This document shows, piece after piece, positions 25,097 through 34,464 of a stretch of DNA of 64,000 nucleotides. Origin of the DNA: Phaeodactylibacter sp. (GTDB lineage: Bacteria > Bacteroidota > Bacteroidia > Chitinophagales > Saprospiraceae). The stretch is from contig JAGQXQ010000110.1 of assembly GCA_020436535.1 (NCBI GenBank), forward strand, positions 368 to 64,367, given 5' to 3'. A model generated the notes under the pieces. That model did not search any database, was not told the origin of the DNA, and saw nothing but the letters and a program-made list of their open reading frames with translations. Position 1 is the first letter of the stretch. Every line of letters begins with the position of its first letter. The position numbers and the translations under genes are program-made.

Positions 25097-27901
25097 TTAA
25101 TCATTGGTTTTGTCCAACAATTCTTTCTTAAACTGAGAAGGAGCGGCATTATATTTTGCCTTGAACACGGTGGAGAAATAGTCCGGCGAAGCATAACCTA
25201 CCTGATAAGCTATTTCGGCAATCGATAATTCTCCCGCCAACAGTAGTTCTTCCGCCTTTTTCAAACGGGTGTTCTGAATGAAATCGCTAATGCTTTGCCC
25301 GAGGAGCGCTTTGACCTTTCTGTAAAGTTGTGACCGGGAGAGGTTCATTTGCCGGCTCATGTCCGAAACATTAAAATCCTGGCGGTCAAAATTTTGGTTT
25401 ACGTAGGCTGCGAAATTTTTGATGAACTCCTGGTCCATCGGGTTGAGTTGGGAGGGTTGCTGAAGGTCGATCAGGTCATTGCCAAAGGCCTCCTTCAGAA
25501 TTTGCCGGTTGTGCAACAGGTTTTTGACCTTTTCCTGGAGAAAATGGATATTGAAGGGTTTGGTAATGTACTCATCAGCTCCGGCCCGGGTACCTTCGAT
25601 CTGCTGTTCCACGGTAGACCGCGCTGAGAGTAGAATGATTGGAATATGTGAGGTACGCAGGTCGGATTTGAGTGTTTTGGTGATCTCCAGGCCATCCATC
25701 CGGGAGCCCGGCAAAATAATATCACAGATGATGAGATCGGGAAGAGTCTCAAAGGCCTGGATCAAGCCTGTTTCACTATCCGCTGCTTCCAATACTTCAT
25801 AGGCTAAGCCCAGCTTCTTTTTCAGGAAAAACTGAAGGTCATCGTCATCTTCAATAACCAGCAACTGGTGCCTGGGCGCGTCTTTCTCCAGACCAGCCAT
25901 GCTTTCGAAACCCTGTTCACTTTCCGGATATCCCATGTAATCGTTGCTAAGAAAAGATTCATCGGGGGCGGAAAGCAACTGGTCCTCCGTAAAATGCGCC
26001 TTTCCTAGCGGCAAAACCACCGTAAAGCGGCTGCCTTTGTCCTTTATGCTTTGCAATGAAATATCTCCATGATGAAATCCAACCAATGCCTTAGAAAGTG
26101 GTAAGCCCAGCCCCGTGCCCGCCTTCTTTTTGTGTTCTACCTGGTAAAATGGTTCGAAAACATGGGCCGCATCTTCTTCATCCATCCCCTTTCCACTATC
26201 CTCTACCTTAATCCGCACGATGTTATCCAGTTGGTCTACCGAAACGGACACTTGTATCCTCCCACCTTCGGGCGTGAATTTAAATGCATTAGATAAGAGG
26301 TTGTAAAATACCTTATCCATCATATTGGCGTCAAACCAAACCGGAAGTTGCTCGTGGCGCGTGATGAGGGAGAAGTCGATATTCCACTTCCGGGCCATAT
26401 TCTCATAAGACCTCATGACGTTGCGGATAAAGTCCACCAGGTCATTTTTACTTGCCCTGACTTTCATTTTGTCGCTTTCGATCTTTCTGAAGTCCATGAG
26501 TTGGTTAACCAGGCGCAACAACCGAAAAGCATTTTCTTTAATGAGAAGAATAGCCTGCTGAACATCCTTGCTCAGTTTTTGGGAAGGAAGCAAATCTTCC
26601 GCAAAGCCCAGGATCAAAGTCAGGGGCGTTTTAAACTCATGAGAGATATTGGTGAAAAAGTTGACTTTGGCATTGGATATCCGGCGCACTTCTTCCGACA
26701 TTTCAATGATCTGATTCCGCTGTTCGAGTATCTCCTCGTTTTTTTCCTTCAGGTGCTTGTTGATCTTTTTCTTCTCCCGAAGGTTGTATGCAAACAAGCC
26801 CCCCAGAATGGCCACTACCAGCAATGCAAAACTCAGCAGGTACAGCACTACTTTTTGGTTTTGATAAATCCTTCGCTGCTCTTCAATTTTTTCTCCCAGG
26901 TCTTTGACGTTTTTTTGCTTTTCCTGTATCCGGTTCTCATGCAATTGCAGGATTTGCACATTAGAGGAATCAATGGCTGTAGTCGGCAGGATATTCTCCT
27001 TTTCATAAGCCTCTTTCCTCAGAATCTTTCCGGCGATCCGGATAGCCTCTTCTCCTCCGGTTGGATATAGAAACGTGGCGTCCAAAATACCTTTGGCAAC
27101 AAACTGAACCCCTCCTGTGCTGCCTGCCAGCCCGTCGACTCCCAAAAAACGGACATCCTGACCTATGCCTTTCTCCTTAAATATTTTATAGGCGCCCAGC
27201 GCCATCACGTCATTGTGCGCAAACACCATGTCTATCTTCGGCGCCCCTTCTTCCAAAAATTGCCTTACTTCCTGTTCCGCCACTTCTTTCAACCACTGTC
27301 CATGGACGCTGTCCGCCACGATCACATCAGGATACCCGCGCAGCGCATCCCTGAATCCACGGTGCCGGTCCCGGGCTGGAGATGAGCCTTTGAGCCCCCA
27401 TATCTCCAGCACCCGGCCCTTCCCCTTTAATAAATTGATGGCGTATTTGCCCGCGATCTTCCCGATTTGGTAATTATCGGCGCCAACGTAAGCGGAATAC
27501 AATTCCGAACTGGTCCGGCGGTCAATGACAATGACAGGTATTCCATCGGTAAAAATCTTTTCCACAGCCGGAGTGATGGGGTCCGATTCATTGGGAGAGA
27601 CAATCAGGAGGTCAATGCCTTCTTCGATCAGTTCCCCGATCTGCTGCACCTGCAACTCACTGTTCCCTTTGGCGTCTTTTATTTTTATTCTGAGCCCGGG
27701 GTGAAGCAACAGTTCTCTTTCCATACTCTCTTCCATGGCCTTGCGCCAGGCGTCCCCGCTGGTGCATTGGGAGAAGCCGATAAGAAACTGTTTTTGCTCT
27801 TCGAGCGGGCCTTTGCAACCCGAGAAAAACAGAAAAGCAGTCAACAACTGGATGCTAAGCGCTTTGGTTTTCAACCGGTTAATGGCCAGGAACTTCCTCA
27901 T
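25097..27901 (-). CDS. Hybrid two-component system sensor kinase/response regulator with periplasmic sugar-binding domain and AraC output (fructose-sensor type)
   Basis: 934 aa. N-terminal type-I periplasmic-binding fold (FLIGFSQCTSGDAWRKAM...IPVIVIDRR). TM segment VVLYLLSFALLVVAILGGLFAY. H-box FFTNISHEFKTPLT. HATPase motifs (DSGKGM, GTGLGLPL). Receiver domain (LLVIEDDDD...IICDIILPG). AraC HTH (IAEIAYQVGYASPDYFSTVFK). The architecture matches the fructose-sensing HTCS BT1754 of B. thetaiotaomicron. Confidence 0.9.
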   Translation of the reverse strand: MRKFLAINRLKTKALSIQLLTAFLFFSGCKGPLEEQKQFLIGFSQCTSGDAWRKAMEESMERELLLHPGLRIKIKDAKGNSELQVQQIGELIEEGIDLLIVSPNESDPITPAVEKIFTDGIPVIVIDRRTSSELYSAYVGADNYQIGKIAGKYAINLLKGKGRVLEIWGLKGSSPARDRHRGFRDALRGYPDVIVADSVHGQWLKEVAEQEVRQFLEEGAPKIDMVFAHNDVMALGAYKIFKEKGIGQDVRFLGVDGLAGSTGGVQFVAKGILDATFLYPTGGEEAIRIAGKILRKEAYEKENILPTTAIDSSNVQILQLHENRIQEKQKNVKDLGEKIEEQRRIYQNQKVVLYLLSFALLVVAILGGLFAYNLREKKKINKHLKEKNEEILEQRNQIIEMSEEVRRISNAKVNFFTNISHEFKTPLTLILGFAEDLLPSQKLSKDVQQAILLIKENAFRLLRLVNQLMDFRKIESDKMKVRASKNDLVDFIRNVMRSYENMARKWNIDFSLITRHEQLPVWFDANMMDKVFYNLLSNAFKFTPEGGRIQVSVSVDQLDNIVRIKVEDSGKGMDEEDAAHVFEPFYQVEHKKKAGTGLGLPLSKALVGFHHGDISLQSIKDKGSRFTVVLPLGKAHFTEDQLLSAPDESFLSNDYMGYPESEQGFESMAGLEKDAPRHQLLVIEDDDDLQFFLKKKLGLAYEVLEAADSETGLIQAFETLPDLIICDIILPGSRMDGLEITKTLKSDLRTSHIPIILLSARSTVEQQIEGTRAGADEYITKPFNIHFLQEKVKNLLHNRQILKEAFGNDLIDLQQPSQLNPMDQEFIKNFAAYVNQNFDRQDFNVSDMSRQMNLSRSQLYRKVKALLGQSISDFIQNTRLKKAEELLLAGELSIAEIAYQVGYASPDYFSTVFKAKYNAAPSQFKKELLDKTND

Positions 27902-28051
27902 TATAATTATTATAGTGAGTGCTTTATTATCCTGTTAAAGATAAGATTTATTGACAACTTATCCCGGCCACTTTTTTCTGAACACAGATGACGTACCAGT
28001 CCCCATTGAGCGCCGGATATAAATCATCCACCGCAATAGTGAACCCTTCTT

Positions 28052-29479
28052 TCAATTTTTATTGTGGTACGCCTTCAACCCTATCTCTTTCCCCTTATCC
28101 AGCATGAACTGGTAAGCAGCTTCATATTCATTAGGGATGTCTCCATCCAGTATAGCCTCGCGGATGGCATTTTTGATGATGCCCACTTCCCGGGAAGGAG
28201 GAATGTTAAAAACATCCATGATCAACTCGCCGGAAACGGGAGGCTGCCAGTTGCGCAGGTGGTCTTTTTCTTCCACCTCCTTCAGGCGGTCGCGCACCAT
28301 CTCGTAATTTTCCAGATAGCGCGCCACTTTTTTTGGGTTTTTGGAAGTGATATCCGCCTCGCACAACAACATGAGGTCGTCGATATCATCGCCGGCGTCG
28401 TAAAGCAGGCGGCGGATAGCCGAGTCGGTAATGTTCTCTTTGGTTAGGCTGATGGGGCGCAGGTGCAGGCGGACGAGCTTCTGCACGTACTTCATCTTGG
28501 CGTCTAAGGGGAGTCTCAGCTTTTTGAAGATGCGGGGCACCATGGCGGCGCCGAGCGCCTCGTGGCCGTGGAAGGTCCATCCCTGTTCGGGGTCAAAGCG
28601 TTTGGTGGGAGGCTTGGCAATGTCGTGCAACAGGGCAGCCCAGCGCAACCAGAGATTGTGGGTTTTCCGGCTTAGGTTGTCCAGCACCTGGAGGGTATGG
28701 TAAAAATTGTCTTTATGAGCGCGGCCGTTGCGGACGTCGACGCCCTGCAGGGCGGCCACCTCCGGAAAAACCAGTTGCAGAAGGCCCGTGTCGAAGAGCA
28801 GTTTAAATCCGACAGAAGGCTCATCCGCCTCGATGATCTTGTTGAATTCAGTGGTGATGCGTTCCCTGGAAATAATATTGATCCGGTTGCGGTATTTGCC
28901 GATGGCCTGAAAGGTTTCCGGGTCGATGGAAAAACCAAGCTGAGTCGCAAAGCGGATGGCGCGCATCATGCGAAGAGGGTCGTCGGAAAAAGTCTTTCCT
29001 GGTTCCAAAGGAGTTTTGATCAGCTTCGCTTCCAGGTGCTCCAGGCCGTCGAAGGGATCGATAATCGAACCGTAGTCCTCTTCGTTGAGGCTGGCCGCCA
29101 GGGCGTTGATCGTAAAATCCCGCCGGTTTTGGTCGTCTTCCAGGCTCCCCTCTTCCACCGTCGGCTTGCGGGAATCGGAACGGTAGGATTCCTTTCGGGC
29201 GCCGACGAATTCAATTTCCATATCCCGGTGTTTCAGCATGGCTGTGCCAAAGCGCTTGTATACGGTCACCCTGGGGATGGGCCTCAGCAGGGCCGCCACA
29301 TTTTGAGCCAGGCGGATGCCGCTCCCCACGCAAACGATGTCCATGTCTTTAGAAGGCCGCGCCAACAGGCGGTCTCTAACGTATCCTCCGACGACGTAAA
29401 CGGGGTAACCCAGTTCGGCAGCAGCACGGCTGATTACTTCAAAGACTTTTCGTTCGTGTGGCTCGATGTTAAAGACCAA
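28052..29479 (-). CDS. CCA tRNA nucleotidyltransferase / poly(A) polymerase family protein with HD domain
   Basis: 475 aa. Nucleotidyltransferase head YVVGGYVRDRLLARPSKDMDIV...RRDFTINALA. HD region LLHDIAKP. The only in-frame start after the upstream stop is TTG at 29477-29479. Confidence 0.8.
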   Translation of the reverse strand: MVFNIEPHERKVFEVISRAAAELGYPVYVVGGYVRDRLLARPSKDMDIVCVGSGIRLAQNVAALLRPIPRVTVYKRFGTAMLKHRDMEIEFVGARKESYRSDSRKPTVEEGSLEDDQNRRDFTINALAASLNEEDYGSIIDPFDGLEHLEAKLIKTPLEPGKTFSDDPLRMMRAIRFATQLGFSIDPETFQAIGKYRNRINIISRERITTEFNKIIEADEPSVGFKLLFDTGLLQLVFPEVAALQGVDVRNGRAHKDNFYHTLQVLDNLSRKTHNLWLRWAALLHDIAKPPTKRFDPEQGWTFHGHEALGAAMVPRIFKKLRLPLDAKMKYVQKLVRLHLRPISLTKENITDSAIRRLLYDAGDDIDDLMLLCEADITSKNPKKVARYLENYEMVRDRLKEVEEKDHLRNWQPPVSGELIMDVFNIPPSREVGIIKNAIREAILDGDIPNEYEAAYQFMLDKGKEIGLKAYHNKN

Positions 29480-29554
29480 GTGTAAACTCTTTTGTTATAG
29501 CTAAATAATAGTCCAGGAAGAAATGCCGCTTTCCTGCCAATCATGCGTATCCTG

Positions 29555-30559
29555 TCATCCTGTCAATACGGGAATCTCCATTTCGCTGTAGTGTGCCTCA
29601 ATCTCGTGAAGGGCTTCAAAGAGGACAGCCGGGTCGTCTTCAGAGACCAGCCTTTTGCGAAATTCCTTAATGCCCGGGTACCCCCTGAAATAATTGGTGT
29701 AATGGCGGCGCATTTCCAGCACGCCCAGCTTTTCTCCCTTCCACTCCAGAGAACGGCGCAGGTGTTCCATCGTAGCTTCCACCCGTTCGTGGACAGTAGG
29801 AGGCGGCAACAGCTCTCCTGTACTGAAATAATGCTTGATCTCCCGGAATATCCAGGGATAACCGATGCTGGCCCGGCCGATCATAATGCCGTCTACGCCG
29901 TAGCGCTGCCGGTATTCCGCCGCCTTTTGGGGGCTATCTATATCGCCGTTACCGAATATGGGGATATGGATGCGAGGATTTTCCTTAATTTTTCCGATGA
30001 GCGTCCAGTCGGCTTCCCCTTTATACATCTGCTTGCGGGTACGCCCGTGGATAGACAGTGCTTTGATGCCCACATCCTGTAAGCGCTCGGCGACTTCTTC
30101 GATGTATTTAGTCTGGTCATCCCATCCCAGGCGGGTTTTCACGGTAACCGGCAAGTTGGTGGATTTCACCACGGCTTCGGTCAGTTCCACCATCTTGTCA
30201 ATATCCTGCAGGATGCCTGCTCCGGCCATTTTGCAGACCACCTTTTTTACCGGGCAGCCAAAGTTGATATCCAGTACTTCTGGTTTAGCCTCTTCAACGA
30301 TCTCGGCCGCCCGCATCATCGACTCCAGTTCCGCGCCAAATATCTGTATGCCGATTGGCCGTTCATAGTCGTAGATGTCCAGTTTCTGTACACTTTTGTC
30401 GGCATCGCGGATCAACCCTTCAACGGAGATGAACTCCGTATACATCATATCACACCCCTGAGCCTTACAGAGGGCCCGAAAGGGGGGGTCGCTGACATCC
30501 TCCATAGGGGCCAGTAATAAGGGGAATTCTCCAACTTCAACGTCTCCGATCTTTACCAT
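29555..30559 (-). CDS. dusB: tRNA-dihydrouridine synthase
   Basis: 334 aa. LAPMEDVSDPPFRALC and INFGCPVKKV (catalytic Cys region). TIM-barrel Dus signature HGRTR. Confidence 0.85.
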   Translation of the reverse strand: MVKIGDVEVGEFPLLLAPMEDVSDPPFRALCKAQGCDMMYTEFISVEGLIRDADKSVQKLDIYDYERPIGIQIFGAELESMMRAAEIVEEAKPEVLDINFGCPVKKVVCKMAGAGILQDIDKMVELTEAVVKSTNLPVTVKTRLGWDDQTKYIEEVAERLQDVGIKALSIHGRTRKQMYKGEADWTLIGKIKENPRIHIPIFGNGDIDSPQKAAEYRQRYGVDGIMIGRASIGYPWIFREIKHYFSTGELLPPPTVHERVEATMEHLRRSLEWKGEKLGVLEMRRHYTNYFRGYPGIKEFRKRLVSEDDPAVLFEALHEIEAHYSEMEIPVLTG

Positions 30560-30765
30560 TCTATATACTTTCTTTCTTCAACTTGCAAAAATAAGGAAAA
30601 GCTGTACACCACAAAACGCATTAATGAACAAACAGTTCCACCAGTGATCATTTTATAGAATTATCTAAAAAAGATAGGCACAGCAGTAAGAAAATTATAT
30701 TTTTAGGGCTGCCGGGCGACTTCAAGCGCCAAAACAGAACTGTTAATACCAACAAGAACATCCAC

Positions 30766-32172
30766 ATGATCACAGCAGTTATTCTTTGTTTTATTCTCGG
30801 CTATCTGACCATAGTCTTTGAGCATCCGTTACGCCTTGACAAGACGGTTCCCGCGCTTATTATGGCGGCATTATGCTGGGCGTTACTCGCAGTCGGCTTT
30901 AATTACGGCTGGTTGTCCGTTATAGATACCCATGAGGAGGTATTCAGTTTGATAGGAGCAGGTGGCCATGCGGCTGAAGGCCATGGGGGGCCGAGTGACG
31001 GGTTCAACAACACTTTGCTTCACCACCTGGGCAAAACAGCCGAAATCCTGATCTTCCTCATTGGCGCTATGACCATCGTGGAGATCATCGACCTGCACCG
31101 GGGCTTTGAAGTCCTGAAAAGCTATGTCCGGACCAAGAGTAAGAAAAGATTACTCTGGATAGTGGGTATATTGGGCTTTATTCTTTCAGCTATTATCGAT
31201 AACCTGACAGCCACCATCGTATTGGTCACACTGCTTCGGAAGTTGGTTACCAACAAGGACGAGCGTATTTGGTTTGTCTCTCTGATCGTGATCGCAGCCA
31301 ATGCGGGCGGAGCCTGGTCGCCTATTGGTGACGTGACCACTACCATGTTATGGATCGGCAATAAAGTCTCCGCCGGAGGGCTGATCGAGCATCTCGTTAT
31401 TCCTTCTATCGTTTGTTTTGCCCTTCCAACTTTTATTGCCACCCTATTGCCTCCATTTAAAGGAGAAATAACTTTAGATGAAGACGCCGGCGACTTAAAG
31501 GCACAGAAGTTACTAAGCAGCCAGATCATGCTATTCCTGGGGCTGGGCGCCATTGTCTTTGTCCCCATATTCAAAACATTAACCCACCTTCCTCCCTATA
31601 TTGGTATGATGCTAAGTTTAGGGGTGGTCTGGCTGGTTTCAGAATATATCCATCCCGAGGAAGACTTCACAGAATCCCGGCGGCACATGTTCTCTGCCCA
31701 TAAAGCCCTTTCCAGGATAGAGATGTCCAGCATTCTGTTTTTCCTCGGCATCCTGCTGGCCGTTGCGGCTCTGGAAAGCCTGGTATTCGGAACAGTCATG
31801 CATGAAGGCGCCGAAATACAGGTGGGCACCTTGCGCTATTTAGCTGAATGGCTCGACAAGGTGATCCCCAACCAGGATGTCGTCATCATCCTACTGGGCT
31901 TTGCTTCCGCTATCATTGATAACGTACCGCTGGTCGCCGCCTCAATGGGTATGTATGACCTGCCGATGGATGCCAAGATTTGGCAATTCATTGCCTACTC
32001 CGCAGGTACAGGTGGAAGCATGCTGATCATTGGCTCCGCTGCGGGGGTAGCAGCTATGGGGATGGAGCGCATCGACTTCATCTGGTACCTCCGAAAAATT
32101 GCCTGGCTTGCTTTGCTTGGCTTCCTGGCGGGGGCAGTTGCTTTCCTTTTGCTTATTCCTTTGTTACCCTAA
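30766..32172 (+). CDS. nhaD: NhaD-family Na+/H+ antiporter (ArsB/NhaD permease superfamily)
   Basis: 468 aa polytopic membrane protein. IIDNLTATIV and IIDNVPLVAA repeats are typical of the NhaD/ArsB fold. Confidence 0.75.
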   Translation: MITAVILCFILGYLTIVFEHPLRLDKTVPALIMAALCWALLAVGFNYGWLSVIDTHEEVFSLIGAGGHAAEGHGGPSDGFNNTLLHHLGKTAEILIFLIGAMTIVEIIDLHRGFEVLKSYVRTKSKKRLLWIVGILGFILSAIIDNLTATIVLVTLLRKLVTNKDERIWFVSLIVIAANAGGAWSPIGDVTTTMLWIGNKVSAGGLIEHLVIPSIVCFALPTFIATLLPPFKGEITLDEDAGDLKAQKLLSSQIMLFLGLGAIVFVPIFKTLTHLPPYIGMMLSLGVVWLVSEYIHPEEDFTESRRHMFSAHKALSRIEMSSILFFLGILLAVAALESLVFGTVMHEGAEIQVGTLRYLAEWLDKVIPNQDVVIILLGFASAIIDNVPLVAASMGMYDLPMDAKIWQFIAYSAGTGGSMLIIGSAAGVAAMGMERIDFIWYLRKIAWLALLGFLAGAVAFLLLIPLLP

Positions 32173-32188
32173 CCCTCAATTCGTTTTC

Positions 32189-32237
32189 AAACAACAAAAG
32201 CCACAGCGCATTGCTGTGGCTTTTGTTGTTTATTTTT
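32189..32237 (+). terminator. Rho-independent terminator of nhaD
   Basis: 19-bp perfect stem aaacaacaaaagccacagc / gctgtggcttttgttgttt (32189-32207 / 32213-32231), 5-nt loop, followed by attttt. Confidence 0.8.
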
Positions 32238-32318
32238 AAGGTTCTCTTAAATTTGCAGCGCTTTACAACCTAAGCACCAGATAAGTGATTTTAAGAAGGA
32301 ATAACAACTCAAGAGGAA

Positions 32319-32687
32319 ATGAATCAATCATTCAAAGCATATCTTTTTCTGCTATTGCTACTGGCAGCCTGCTCTCCTGTGGATAAAAGCCTGATAAAAG
32401 GACAATGGGCTGGGATTGCCGTCATCGAGGAGGGCTCCCCCATCAATATTGATCCCAAGGAGATAAAGATATCGTTTGAGGATAAGGGATATATCTATTC
32501 CAGCACCCTCAACTACAAAGAGGCCGGTGTTTATTACATCGACTCCAAGTATTTATACACGACCGATACGCTTAACCAGGCCTCGACGGAAAAAGCGGTG
32601 GAGATCGTAAAGCTGACTGCCGATTCTCTGGTCCTGAAAATGAATGAAGCCGGCAAAGAACGTTTTCTGATAATGGAAAAGCAATAA
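32319..32687 (+). CDS. Small lipoprotein of unknown function (lipocalin-like size and pattern)
   Basis: 122 aa. Lipobox LLLLLAACS. Beta-rich sequence. No recognisable catalytic motif. Confidence 0.6.
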   Translation: MNQSFKAYLFLLLLLAACSPVDKSLIKGQWAGIAVIEEGSPINIDPKEIKISFEDKGYIYSSTLNYKEAGVYYIDSKYLYTTDTLNQASTEKAVEIVKLTADSLVLKMNEAGKERFLIMEKQ

Positions 32688-32700
32688 TAGCTAAACGGCA

Positions 32701-34062
32701 TCAATTGAGCCCGTTGACATTAATGTTTAAGCGCCCGCTTAAAGCGAGGTCTACAATAATAGCCTCCGGAGCCAGGAAGGCATTCTGAATAGAAATATCC
32801 TTAAGTTCTCCTTTCAGAGTGACATCATCTGAAATTTTAAATGATTCTAACTGTTCCTGAAACTGAGCCTGCATTTCTTGAAGATTGTAGTCCAGCAAGA
32901 AATTCATATTCTCTTCTATTTTGTTCTTCATGGTGCTCTTCAGCAGCCACCCGGCCGATTTGAGCAGAAAATTCCTGCTGCTGAGTTCGTAGTCGAGCTT
33001 TTCAATTTCAATGGTATTCTTGCGGAAATTGTAATTGGGTTTGCCGACCAGGTAAATACTTCCATTGTAACTGCCTGATAAAACTGTATTGACAACAATC
33101 TTGTTTCCTTGCCCGTAGAGTTCCAGGCCTTGCACCGTGACCGACCTTTTGCCCTGCGAGAAGGTTTCTCCCAGAAGTTGGGTTTTGGCAATACGCTCCG
33201 CTTCTTCGTAGGATATCTCAGTATTTATATGAATGGTAAAATCATCGCCGGCCTCCTGACGGAGCTGAAGGTTGGGCAGTGGTTGTGGCCTGATGTTTCC
33301 CGGGGCCCGGCCGATGTTTACCCGGGGTTGGCTTTCCACTAATATGGTCCCTCTGATTTTATCCCCTTTCATTTCCAGAGGAGTCATGCCAATTGCCTGA
33401 GGATTGACGACCAGCCAGGTATTGTAGGCCTCCGATACCAGCATAGGCTCATACATTTTCCCCCAGGCTTCGCCGACCAGTTCCCTCAGATTGAATCGTT
33501 CCTGCACCAGGTCATCAATGCTTCGGGTCAACGCTGCTTTGCTGTTTTTTAAAACCAGATCGGCAATAAAACCAATAGGCAGGCTCACTACGCCCATTTT
33601 CAGGCGCGGCTTTTTCAGCCAGTCATGACGTACAACCTCCGTCACGGTAATGATATTCCAGTCTTCCGTTATGGCAAAAGCCGTTTTAAAATCGATGGAC
33701 AGTTCCCCTTCCGCCTCCACCTTGCTGATGCCCAGGTCATACTGAATCCACAGTGACAAAGGCACCCGATATTTAATAAGTTGGCTGTCAATACCCAGGC
33801 GTATATCCTGGCGTTTTTCCGCCCGTACCCGCATATTGTCCCCATCGTTAAGGTCCTTATCTTCATAAATGAGCCCGTTCATCTGTTGGTTGAGTGAACG
33901 CTCCAGCTCCCGAAGGCTGATATCGACCGGAATATTGATTACGGACAAGCGCTCTTCGAAGAGGGCCGCGTATTGTTCCGCCGGACGAACGGGCTCTTTC
34001 GTTTTGCACCCCACTATGAACAGGATCGGCGTTATAGCTAAAAGTATTCGTAATATTCTCAT
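32701..34062 (-). CDS. Hypothetical lipoprotein, possibly DUF4403 family
   Basis: 453 aa. Signal/lipobox ILFIVGC. The size and the lack of motifs fit DUF4403, which is recalled rather than verified. Confidence 0.55.
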   Translation of the reverse strand: MRILRILLAITPILFIVGCKTKEPVRPAEQYAALFEERLSVINIPVDISLRELERSLNQQMNGLIYEDKDLNDGDNMRVRAEKRQDIRLGIDSQLIKYRVPLSLWIQYDLGISKVEAEGELSIDFKTAFAITEDWNIITVTEVVRHDWLKKPRLKMGVVSLPIGFIADLVLKNSKAALTRSIDDLVQERFNLRELVGEAWGKMYEPMLVSEAYNTWLVVNPQAIGMTPLEMKGDKIRGTILVESQPRVNIGRAPGNIRPQPLPNLQLRQEAGDDFTIHINTEISYEEAERIAKTQLLGETFSQGKRSVTVQGLELYGQGNKIVVNTVLSGSYNGSIYLVGKPNYNFRKNTIEIEKLDYELSSRNFLLKSAGWLLKSTMKNKIEENMNFLLDYNLQEMQAQFQEQLESFKISDDVTLKGELKDISIQNAFLAPEAIIVDLALSGRLNINVNGLN

Positions 34063-34464
34063 GCTTTTAATGGGTCAATGAGTAAATTGTTCCGAAGGTA
34101 GTTAGCAGATAGCTTTGAATAAAGAAGAATGAAGTTTTTTTCCTGCTCGTCAAAACCTGATGAGCACTCAGCCAGGCCCTGCCAAAGAAGCAACCCTTTG
34201 AATTCAGAAAGTGTCTTTTGTGATGAAGTTGCTTTTAACTTATACTGACGTACGCCTGGCTTCTTGCAACACACAATCAACGAGGAGGCCAGCAAATGCT
34301 GGCTGTAAACAAAGCTTGTCGTACATCAGCATACAAGTCCTTATTTAACAAAAAAGTGTTACCGATGGACGGGTGAACCTTTTTCAGCAAGCCTCTTTGT
34401 CTTTAACCTCTAGAAGCTGCGGCTGATAAAGCGCTCAATGCCCACCATTAGAAAAAACAAAAAG

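Noticed and set aside
34059-34295. 78-aa minus-strand ORF overlapping the DUF4403-like start by 4 nt (ATGA-type overlap)
   Set aside because: It has a TTG start and an implausible sequence (Cys/Lys-rich, no TM segment or motif). It is probably just non-coding leader.
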